Assembly (NCBI GenBank): GCA_963976765.1
Contig: CAXBME010000011.1
Span: 186,001 to 233,493 of the forward strand
Source: an uncultured Planctomycetaceae bacterium
GTDB lineage: Bacteria > Planctomycetota > Planctomycetia > Planctomycetales > Planctomycetaceae
Reading direction: 5' to 3'
Length of the DNA: 47,493 bases
The position numbers were made by a program, and so were the translations under genes. The notes beneath the pieces were generated by a model. That model did not search any database. It saw only the letters and a list, made by a program, of their open reading frames with translations, and was not told where the DNA came from. Shown here piece by piece: positions 39,614 to 47,493 of the stretch (the stretch's first letter is position 1; each line of letters begins with the position of its first letter).

Positions 39614-40807
39614 TCAAAACTTCACGATCGAGCCAGGCTTCAAAGCGTGCTTCGGCAGAGGGAAGCTGTCATCAAAAATCCGCATGGCATCGACCTCTTC
39701 GATCATGTTGCCAGTCTCATCGAAGACGCCGGTCGCAGGATCAAACACGCCCTTCGAGTTCAACCTCAGATGCTTCACCATGAACGGGTACATCGCTTGC
39801 CGTTTCGACTCCTGATAACCATGTCCTTCGTCGGCGAAATGCCTGTTCTCGACCAGGTCTTCAGCTCCGAACGTTTTGAAGACGCTGCGAATGTAGGGGT
39901 ACTCGACCTTCGGATTATTTTTGGTCCAGTCTCCACCTACCGAAACCAGCAACAACGGACGCGGAGCCGTTAGAGCTGCGATCTCGGCATTGTTTGTTTC
40001 CAGCTTCGCAGTCTTGTGAATCGGCATACCGCTTTCGCAGTGGCAACCTCCGAAGAAGTGAGCCGACACCATGACGACCGGCACAGCCACCTTCACACGA
40101 TCATCGATCGCCGTCAGCAGAAATGTCTGCGTGCCACCGCCTGAGCATCCCGTAACGCCAATTTGACCACCGTCCACATCGTCAAGAGATTGCAGAAAAT
40201 CGATTGCCCGAATGCTGCTCCACGTTTGCAAAGTCAAAGCCTGCGGATGCTTGTGATCCCACCCGAGGTATTCGGAATCGCCGAACCCGACCATGTCATA
40301 AGAGAAGACGACCGCTCCCATCCGCGCCAGCGTCGCACATCGATGCTGCTGATCCGCTCTTAACCGGCCACCGTCACGCCCGCGAGCATGCCCATGGGGG
40401 CAAAGAATTCCCGGCGACTTCCCGACTGACTTTGCCGGTCGGTAAAGATTGCCGTACACAAAGAACCCCGGACGAGCTTCAAAAGCGGCCGACTCAACAG
40501 TGTAGCCATTGAAACTTCGCTGATTCCTTACAATGGCGTTGAGCGGCGTTCGTTCGGGGAGCGGATCCAGTTTCGCTCCGACCAGAATCTGCTGGCGAAT
40601 CTGTTTCGCGCGAGCCTGCCAGTCTTTTTGCGTCGTCCACGTCGCGGCCAGACGTTCCAGTTGCCGCACAGCCTCGTCTTCAGTCTGATAATTCCCCTGG
40701 CAAAGCACCGCTCCAGGGATCTCATCAGCCGGCTCGGCTGCAAAAGCAATCGAGTGAACTGCCCAAAACACAGTACCGAGAAGAGCAACACCTGAAAACT
40801 TCATCAT
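39614..40807 (-). CDS. Alpha/beta-hydrolase, acetylxylan-esterase-like
   Basis: GILCPHGH, YDMVGFGD and nucleophile elbow GCSGGG. The signal peptide begins at MMKFSG (40807), so the longer ORF-track start is unlikely. Confidence 0.82.
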   Translation of the reverse strand: MMKFSGVALLGTVFWAVHSIAFAAEPADEIPGAVLCQGNYQTEDEAVRQLERLAATWTTQKDWQARAKQIRQQILVGAKLDPLPERTPLNAIVRNQRSFNGYTVESAAFEARPGFFVYGNLYRPAKSVGKSPGILCPHGHARGRDGGRLRADQQHRCATLARMGAVVFSYDMVGFGDSEYLGWDHKHPQALTLQTWSSIRAIDFLQSLDDVDGGQIGVTGCSGGGTQTFLLTAIDDRVKVAVPVVMVSAHFFGGCHCESGMPIHKTAKLETNNAEIAALTAPRPLLLVSVGGDWTKNNPKVEYPYIRSVFKTFGAEDLVENRHFADEGHGYQESKRQAMYPFMVKHLRLNSKGVFDPATGVFDETGNMIEEVDAMRIFDDSFPLPKHALKPGSIVKF

Positions 40808-41040
40808 CAGACTCCTGACTGAGTTACGACACTTGTGCTGGCGTTCTGAAACGTCTCCGCTTACGAGTCTGGATAATCCAGCATTAGACTTTGAATGTCT
40901 ATCTGCCTGCTGAAAACTGTGTGCCACCGGGTGCCGACCTTCCCCCAAACTGCAAATACGCGCGAAAGGAATTTCGCCATCCTTCAAATCAGTCGCTGGA
41001 CAGCTCATCTTCCGTCATCATGCCCCGACAACAATCAACC

Positions 41041-41147
41041 CAGAACACTTTAAGAATTCGTTTTTAGCGTTCTGCAGGAGAGCCACAACGGAAACAATGG
41101 CGATTCCGGGCGCCAGCTCCTGCATAGAAACCATGAAAATGGCCTAA
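41041..41147 (+). repeat. Dispersed ~107-bp MITE-like repeat, copy 3
   Basis: cagaacactttaagaattcgtttttagcgttctgcaggag...ctcctgcatagaaaccatgaaaatggcctaa. Confidence 0.8.
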
Positions 41148-41178
41148 CTGGCAAAGGCCAGGTCAACAGGAGGATTCG

Positions 41179-43284
41179 ATGCGGCGTCTTTTCGACCAAA
41201 CAAAGTTCGTGAGCGACTTTTCGGTCATCGCGTTACTCGTCATCACGATCTGCGTTTCGACGGCGGACAGCTCGGGCCTGGCCACCGCTGATGACACAAT
41301 CACTCCGCTCGATGTCGCTCGAATGAAGAGCGTCGCTGAGCAGGCTATCTCGCCCAATGGGAAGTCGATCGCCTACACAGTGAAGGTGCAACGCGACCCA
41401 TTGAAGGACGAAAACGGCTCGGCCTGGACCGAGCTGCACGTTGTTGACTCGGAAACCGGCAAGTCGCGACCGTTCATCACCGGAAAGGTCAGCATCAGCA
41501 GCATCGCGTGGACTCCCGATGGGACTGGCGTCTCGTTTCTGGCAAAACGGGGCGACGACAAGAACACATCGATCTACGTGATCCCCATCGACGGCGGTGA
41601 GGCACGCAAGTTCGTCGAGCATTCCTCGTCCATCTCCAGTTTCGACTGGAAAGCCGACGGCAAACAGATCGCATTCCTCGCCAGAGAAAAGGACGATCCG
41701 GCAGAAAAGAAACTTCGCGACAAGGGCTTCAATGCAGAAGGTTACGAAGAGAATCTTAAGCCGACTCGAATCTGGATCACAGATGCGGAATTCAACTCGA
41801 ACAAAGAAGCGAGACTGCTCGATGTGGCCGGCTCCGCCTCCGAACTTCACTGGAGCCCGGACGGCAAGTCAGTCGCCGTCGCTCTCGCTCCGACTCCGCT
41901 GATCGATCACTTCTACATGTACCGCCGCATTCATGTTCTGAATGCGGAAACCGGAGCGATCATTCAGAAACTCGAAAACCCCGGTAAGATCGGACACGTC
42001 GCCTGGAGCCCTGACGGGAAGAAGGTCGCGTTCCTTTCCGGAGAAGACATTAACGATCCGAGCGAAGGGCGACTCTGGATCGCCACCGTTGGCTCCGACG
42101 GGTTTGTCGATGCAACGTCCGGCTACCTGCCGAACATCATCGACTTTCACTGGACGAGCAATTCGAAGATTCGATTTCTCGCTCACAACAGTTGCCTGTC
42201 CGAATTTGGCACGATCAAACTCGACGGTGCTTCAGCAATGCTGAAAGTTGACTCGCAGCCGATCGACGCCGTTTTCGAAACATTCTCGACCAGCGACAAC
42301 TCAGACCGATGTGCAATGGTCGCGCATAGCCCATCCCATTTGCCCGAAGTCTTCGCTCAGGATGCTGGACACGATTCAGCGCGACGCCTCACCGATCTCA
42401 ACCCGTGGCTCAAAGACAAACGGCTTGCCAGACAGGAAGTCGTCACCTACACCGCTCGCGATGGCCAAACCGTCGAAGGGGTGCTGTTGCGACCGCTCGA
42501 CGAGGAACCAGGGAAACGCTACCCGCTGCAACTCTACGTGCATGGCGGTCCCGAATCACACGTTTCGAACGGGTGGATCTCGTATTACAGCCTCCCTGGC
42601 CAGACAGCCGCGGCAAAAGGCTATGCCGTCTTTCACCCCAACTATCGGGGCAGCACGGGGCGAGGCATCGCTTTTGCGAAGGATCATCAAAGCGACTACG
42701 GCGGCAAAGAATTCAATGACCTGCTGGACGGAATCGATCATCTTGTAAAGTCGGGGCTCGTCGATCGTGCAAAAGTCGGTGTCACCGGCGGATCCTACGG
42801 CGGCTTCGCTTCCGCCTGGTGTGCGACGAAACACAGCGAACACTTTGCCGCGGCCGTCATGTTTGTCGGAATCAGCAATCAGATTTCCAAGTCAGGTACG
42901 ACCGACATCGCTGACGAGATGTTTCTTGTGCATGCCCGAAAACGAATCTGGGACGATTGGGAGTTCTTCCTCAAACGCAGCCCGATCTACTATGTCGAGC
43001 AGGCTCGCACGCCCATCCTGATTCTGCACGGCAAAGAGGACACTCGCGTCCATCCTTCACAATCAATGGAGCTGTACCGAAATCTGAAGATTCTCGGCAA
43101 GACTCCAGTCCGGCTGGTCCTCTACCCGGGAGAAGGCCACGGCAATCGCAATGCCGCCGCCCGCTACGACTACAGTCTTCGCCTGCACCGCTGGATGGAT
43201 CATTACCTGAAAGGCGACGGCGGCGACACCCCGCCCTTCAACATCGATCACGGACTCCAGGACGCGACAACTAAAGATGAGTAG
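41179..43284 (+). CDS. S9-family (prolyl oligopeptidase/acylaminoacyl) peptidase
   Basis: WD40/TolB-like WSPDGK repeats, HGGP, NYRGSTG, GGSYGG, DTRV and EGHG. Confidence 0.92.
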   Translation: MRRLFDQTKFVSDFSVIALLVITICVSTADSSGLATADDTITPLDVARMKSVAEQAISPNGKSIAYTVKVQRDPLKDENGSAWTELHVVDSETGKSRPFITGKVSISSIAWTPDGTGVSFLAKRGDDKNTSIYVIPIDGGEARKFVEHSSSISSFDWKADGKQIAFLAREKDDPAEKKLRDKGFNAEGYEENLKPTRIWITDAEFNSNKEARLLDVAGSASELHWSPDGKSVAVALAPTPLIDHFYMYRRIHVLNAETGAIIQKLENPGKIGHVAWSPDGKKVAFLSGEDINDPSEGRLWIATVGSDGFVDATSGYLPNIIDFHWTSNSKIRFLAHNSCLSEFGTIKLDGASAMLKVDSQPIDAVFETFSTSDNSDRCAMVAHSPSHLPEVFAQDAGHDSARRLTDLNPWLKDKRLARQEVVTYTARDGQTVEGVLLRPLDEEPGKRYPLQLYVHGGPESHVSNGWISYYSLPGQTAAAKGYAVFHPNYRGSTGRGIAFAKDHQSDYGGKEFNDLLDGIDHLVKSGLVDRAKVGVTGGSYGGFASAWCATKHSEHFAAAVMFVGISNQISKSGTTDIADEMFLVHARKRIWDDWEFFLKRSPIYYVEQARTPILILHGKEDTRVHPSQSMELYRNLKILGKTPVRLVLYPGEGHGNRNAAARYDYSLRLHRWMDHYLKGDGGDTPPFNIDHGLQDATTKDE

Positions 43285-43312
43285 CCCGGTGCATGCTACC
43301 TGACTTTTGTCG

Positions 43313-44779
43313 TTACTGTCTCTTCCGTTTTGGAGCCGGCTGTGCCTGCACCAGGCCAGCCGGCTTGTTTTGCGCTGTCGCAATTCGCTCTCGGAGTCGC
43401 CGCGAAAGACGTTTGATAATCGCTGACGATTCAGATCGAGCAGCGAGATTCACCAACTCTTCGGGATCGGACTCGTGGTCGTAGAGTTCCGCGCCGAGCG
43501 ATCCATCCCTGCCCCACTCGGTGTAGCGATAATGACCGACTCGTAAACTGTAACCAGTGTCGTACTGAGTCAGAGCATCCTGTCTTGGTCGCGCTGAAGG
43601 ATCATTCAAAGCTGCTTTCAGACTGACTCCTGACAGGTTCTCAGGTGCATCCAGTCCACACAGCTCGGCCAGTGTCGGATAGAAGTCGATCATCTCGGCC
43701 GGGCACTCCGTTGACTGTCCGGCTGCCTTTGAATTCGGCGCTGCGATAATCAACGGCACATGGGCAGCATTCTCGAAGAGCGTTGTTTTCTGCCAGTAGC
43801 CGTGCTCTCCCATGTGGTAACCGTGGTCTGACGTGAAAACGATGACCGTATTATCAGCCAGCCCCAATCGATCAACTGCGGCGACAATCCGCCCCACCTG
43901 AGCGTCGGCGAACGTAATCGATGCGTAGTATGCCTGCATGGCCTGCTTCGCCAGATCGTTGGCGAGATTCAGCTGCTCCTTCTTCCGGGTTAATGACTTT
44001 ACAGCGGGGTCCGGCAGTGTCTCGAAATAGCCTTCGGGAACTGCTGGAACGACAATTTTTTCCAGTGGGTAGCGATCGAAATAGCTTTTCGGAGCCACGT
44101 AAGGCGTGTGTGGACGGTAAAGGCCGACAGCCATGAAGAACGGCGACTTTTCTTTCGCATGCTCGCCCAGCAGCTCGATCGCATGCTCCGCCCCGATTGC
44201 GTCAGTCTGTTCGTCGTCCGTTCCGTCTGCGGCGAGCCAACTCAGCGTTCCGCCGTAGCTGCCCGGTCGCAGGCTGAAGACCTTTGACTCGTCTGCCTTG
44301 TCGCGACCGATCGGGTTGAACTTTCGGTCCCACGATTCGGGATCGTCGTGCCCATCGTTCCCGATGTCAGCAGGCACGTTGTAGTGGTAGATCTTGCCGA
44401 CGCGAGCTGCCGTGTAGCCCGCCCGACGGAACATCTGTGACATGCTCTGTACTTCAGGCAACTTCTCGCGAAGACGGATCGCGTTTCTGTGAATCAACGT
44501 CTGATCCGGATAAAGCCCCGTCATGAACGAGGCCCGACTCGGACCACACAATGGATACTGGCAGTAAGCCCGTTCAAAGCGAACGCCGCGTTTCGCCAGA
44601 GCATCGATATTCGGGGATTTGACCAGCGGATGCCCGTAGCAGCCGAGGTCGCAATTCAGGTCATCGCAGATCAAAAACAGAACGTTGGTTTTCTGATCGG
44701 CTCCGAAACATTCTGAATCGTTCAGCGTAACGCTGACAACTGCAACGAAAAGGACGAACATTAGATTCAATCCACGCAT
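43313..44779 (-). CDS. Sulfatase (S1 family)
   Basis: NVLFLICDDL, CGPSRAS, GKIYH, RPHTPY and SDHGYH. Confidence 0.92.
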   Translation of the reverse strand: MRGLNLMFVLFVAVVSVTLNDSECFGADQKTNVLFLICDDLNCDLGCYGHPLVKSPNIDALAKRGVRFERAYCQYPLCGPSRASFMTGLYPDQTLIHRNAIRLREKLPEVQSMSQMFRRAGYTAARVGKIYHYNVPADIGNDGHDDPESWDRKFNPIGRDKADESKVFSLRPGSYGGTLSWLAADGTDDEQTDAIGAEHAIELLGEHAKEKSPFFMAVGLYRPHTPYVAPKSYFDRYPLEKIVVPAVPEGYFETLPDPAVKSLTRKKEQLNLANDLAKQAMQAYYASITFADAQVGRIVAAVDRLGLADNTVIVFTSDHGYHMGEHGYWQKTTLFENAAHVPLIIAAPNSKAAGQSTECPAEMIDFYPTLAELCGLDAPENLSGVSLKAALNDPSARPRQDALTQYDTGYSLRVGHYRYTEWGRDGSLGAELYDHESDPEELVNLAARSESSAIIKRLSRRLRERIATAQNKPAGLVQAQPAPKRKRQ

Positions 44780-44831
44780 GTCTTCGGCCTTTCAAACTTG
44801 TGCCCACTCGTGGTGCCTGTCATTTCTCACG

Positions 44832-44939
44832 CTAGAGCACATTCAGAATTCGTTTTCAGTGTTCTGCAGGAGGGCCACAAAGGAAACAATGGCCATTTCG
44901 GATGCCAGCTCCTGCACAGAAACCATGAAAATGGTCTAA
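44832..44939 (+). repeat. Dispersed ~107-bp MITE-like repeat, copy 4
   Basis: ctagagcacattcagaattcgttttcagtgttctgcaggag...ctcctgcacagaaaccatgaaaatggtctaa. Confidence 0.8.
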
Positions 44940-44978
44940 TGCGCAAAGCCCCTCATCCGGGCCGATCGGCAGTTCGTG

Positions 44979-46490
44979 TTACAGAGTTGGTGGTTTCCAG
45001 ACAGGGATCCCCAGTGCCGATTTCGACTGCTTTTCAAACAGCACATGAAACGGTCGCGTCGGAGACATCGGTGCGGACTCGTTGTCCATCATCGGAACTG
45101 TCCCCTTCCACCAAGCGTCATAAACCGCTCGCATTTCTTCGACGACTAACGGATGTTGCTCGATAATGTTTGTCGTCTGCTCCGGGTCGACTTCCATATC
45201 GTAGAGAGCGTTGTTGTCGACGAAGCGGTATCGCTGATTTCGCACAGCAAACCCCTTCCACTGACTGTCGTCAGGATCCGCTCCGGTCTTCCATCGACCT
45301 TTATGAGTGAACAGGTAGCGGTCCGCCCATTTGACTTTCTGCTGTTCGATCAGCGGAAGCAGACTTCGACCTTCGACCTGTTCCTTTGGAATTTCTGCTC
45401 CGGCAAACGCTGCCAGAGTCGGAAGAATATCCAGGTGAGCCGCAATCAGATCAACGTCGCGATTCGGCGTGATTTTCCCGTCCCATCGAACAAAGAAAGG
45501 AACTCGGACACCGCCCTCGTCTGAGCTACCCTTCAAACCTTTCATACCGGCATTGTAAGGCAGCATTTGCTTGCCATCTTCAGTCGTGCCCATTGATTTG
45601 CCGAGTCGCCCCGAGCCACCGCCGGTCATTCCATTGTCCGACATAAAAATGACAACGGTGTTCTCAAACAGCTTCCACTTCTCAAGATTTGAAAGCAGTC
45701 GCCCAACATTCTCGTCGATGTTCTCAATCATGCCGTAGAAACCGGCTTCCTGCTCACTGAAACCCCGATCGGTAAACCTCTTCCGGTTCTTTGGCGGAGC
45801 GATAAACGGTCCGTGTGGAGCATTCGTCGTGATGTAGGCAAAAAATGGTTTGCCGCCATCTTTCTTCTGTTTAATCCACCCCATCGCCGCCGTGAAGAAA
45901 ATGTCCGTGCAGAACCCTTCTGTCTTTACAAACGAACCGTTATGCCGGATGACGGGGTCAAAATACTTGTTGCCGGGCGCGTCAGCACAACTGCAGGCGT
46001 ACGCCTGCCCAATACCGCCCGCTCCGTGAATAAAAGCTTCGTCGAAACCACGATTGTGCGGCTGCCGATCCTCTTCATCACCAAGGTGCCACTTTCCAAA
46101 GATGCCGCTCGTGTAGCCAGCGGTCTTCAACATCTGCGGAAGTGTCGTCGCGTTCAGCGTCAGTCGCTCCCGTTCGAGGATCGTATGCGTTACTCCGTTC
46201 CTCATCGGATGACGACCGGTCATCAATGCCGCTCGCGTAGGCGAACAGGTTGGCGAAACCAGAAACCGAGTGAACCTGGTACTCGTATCGTAAAGACGGT
46301 CCAGATTCGGAGTCTGAATCCACGGATGCCCATGTCGCCCAACCGGCCCGTACCCCTGATCGTCGGTAATGACCAGAATAATGTTGGGCTTTGAACCTGC
46401 GAGGGAATCCGCAGCATCAACCGCCGACTCCCGAAACGCAAAACTCAGCGACAGAAATAGAACGACAAGAAACGACATTCGATCGGTCAT
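44979..46490 (-). CDS. Arylsulfatase (S1 family)
   Basis: PNIILVITDDQG, CSPTRAALMTG, GKWHLG and SDNG. Confidence 0.92.
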   Translation of the reverse strand: MTDRMSFLVVLFLSLSFAFRESAVDAADSLAGSKPNIILVITDDQGYGPVGRHGHPWIQTPNLDRLYDTSTRFTRFLVSPTCSPTRAALMTGRHPMRNGVTHTILERERLTLNATTLPQMLKTAGYTSGIFGKWHLGDEEDRQPHNRGFDEAFIHGAGGIGQAYACSCADAPGNKYFDPVIRHNGSFVKTEGFCTDIFFTAAMGWIKQKKDGGKPFFAYITTNAPHGPFIAPPKNRKRFTDRGFSEQEAGFYGMIENIDENVGRLLSNLEKWKLFENTVVIFMSDNGMTGGGSGRLGKSMGTTEDGKQMLPYNAGMKGLKGSSDEGGVRVPFFVRWDGKITPNRDVDLIAAHLDILPTLAAFAGAEIPKEQVEGRSLLPLIEQQKVKWADRYLFTHKGRWKTGADPDDSQWKGFAVRNQRYRFVDNNALYDMEVDPEQTTNIIEQHPLVVEEMRAVYDAWWKGTVPMMDNESAPMSPTRPFHVLFEKQSKSALGIPVWKPPTL

Positions 46491-46636
46491 AGAATCAATC
46501 CATCCAGCAAGAAAGAAAGTTTGAGTTTTCAGCTTTCGTCAAATCCGCGTCAAACATGGTGTCGAGCATTCAACAGAATCATGCCAGAAATTACCACACC
46601 GTCGGGTACGTCAGTACGTGGCTGAAACCACACCAG

Positions 46637-47425
46637 TCACACCACTGGCGGATCGGGCTGCTGCCAGGCACTCATCCCGCCATCCACTAGAACCATCTGA
46701 CCGTGAATATGAGCTGCCAGGTCACTGACAAGAAACGCCGCCAATGGTCCGCAAACTTCAGGACCAGGTACTTGCTGATTCGGAGTATGAAGTTTCATCC
46801 ACTCTGTGACTCCTGCACCATCCAGCGCCGGCGCAGTAAGTGGAGTTCGCACCAGCCCCGGAGCCAATCCATTAACTCGAATTCCACGAGGAGCCAGCGA
46901 CACGCAAAGCGTCCGCACCATCGCTTCAACCGCCCCCTTCGATGTGTCGTAAGCCGCGTGCGTCTGCTCGGCCAGTCGCCCGTTGATTGATCCCGTCAGC
47001 AGAACTCGGCCGTCGATCTCCCGCTCCACCCAACGCCGAGCAAATCTCTGAATCAGAAAGAAATGCGAATACACATTCAGCCGCATCGTGCGTTCGAACG
47101 TCGGGAAATCAATCTCCAGAAAATCGGGCTCGCGGTACGTCCCGGCGTTACTGATTAGAATGTCGATTTCTCCACATGCCGAAGTTGAAGCGTCAAAAAG
47201 CTCTTCGACCGCCTCTTCCGTTGGAGCCGACAAATCAGTAGTGACCAACCGACAATCAACACCAAACCCTCTCACTTCCTCCACAGACTGCCGCGCCGAC
47301 TGATCATCAACAAGGCCGTGAAGAACGACATTCGCCCCGGCCTGAGCAAGCGACTTTGCAATCGCATGCCCCACACCCATCGTGCCACCAGTCACCAGCG
47401 CCGTGCATCCGCTCAAATCAATCAT
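46637..47425 (-). CDS. Short-chain dehydrogenase/reductase
   Basis: TGGTMGVG, ISNAG, YDTSK catalytic motif and VNGLAPG. Confidence 0.92.
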   Translation of the reverse strand: MIDLSGCTALVTGGTMGVGHAIAKSLAQAGANVVLHGLVDDQSARQSVEEVRGFGVDCRLVTTDLSAPTEEAVEELFDASTSACGEIDILISNAGTYREPDFLEIDFPTFERTMRLNVYSHFFLIQRFARRWVEREIDGRVLLTGSINGRLAEQTHAAYDTSKGAVEAMVRTLCVSLAPRGIRVNGLAPGLVRTPLTAPALDGAGVTEWMKLHTPNQQVPGPEVCGPLAAFLVSDLAAHIHGQMVLVDGGMSAWQQPDPPVV

Positions 47426-47493
47426 CCATCCACCCTTTTCGGCTCATCCGGTAAGTCGGGGCTGTTGGTTGTGAAGAGCGGACATGCTGATTT

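Noticed and set aside
39614..47425. Esterase, peptidase, sulfatase and SDR run as a dedicated pathway
   Set aside because: The genes have mixed orientations and belong to families that are very common in planctomycete genomes; nothing in the sequence links them specifically.

Overview
This 47.5 kb GC-rich bacterial chromosome segment is most likely from a planctomycete, inferred from the sulfatases, PQQ-propeller multidomain proteins and prepilin-rich cluster. From the start it contains: a partial membrane-protein gene and argB-argD-argF; a three-gene accessory block (a TPR protein with nine near-identical 102-bp repeats, a translationally coupled Zn-ribbon/DUF3626-like putative ADP-ribosyltransferase, and a divergent RyR-TPR-SLOG-class III cyclase protein); a ~17 kb type IV filament (T4P/T2SS-like) cluster with seven pilin-like genes and a large beta-helix protein; a sulfatase, a DUF5060 protein and a nucleoside hydrolase-like protein; a Fur-family regulator divergent from a ZIP transporter; tRNA-Leu(CAA); a PQQ/LamG/methyltransferase-like multidomain protein; and an esterase, S9 peptidase, two more sulfatases and an SDR. 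A ~107-bp structured MITE-like repeat occurs four times between genes. The best candidate for an undescribed system is the 3.8-9.9 kb block, a possible NAD/nucleotide-signalling conflict or defence module. The second is the atypical type IV filament, whose beta-helix protein ends in a PilY1-like C-terminal strand. All domain calls come from reading motifs by eye, not from database searches.
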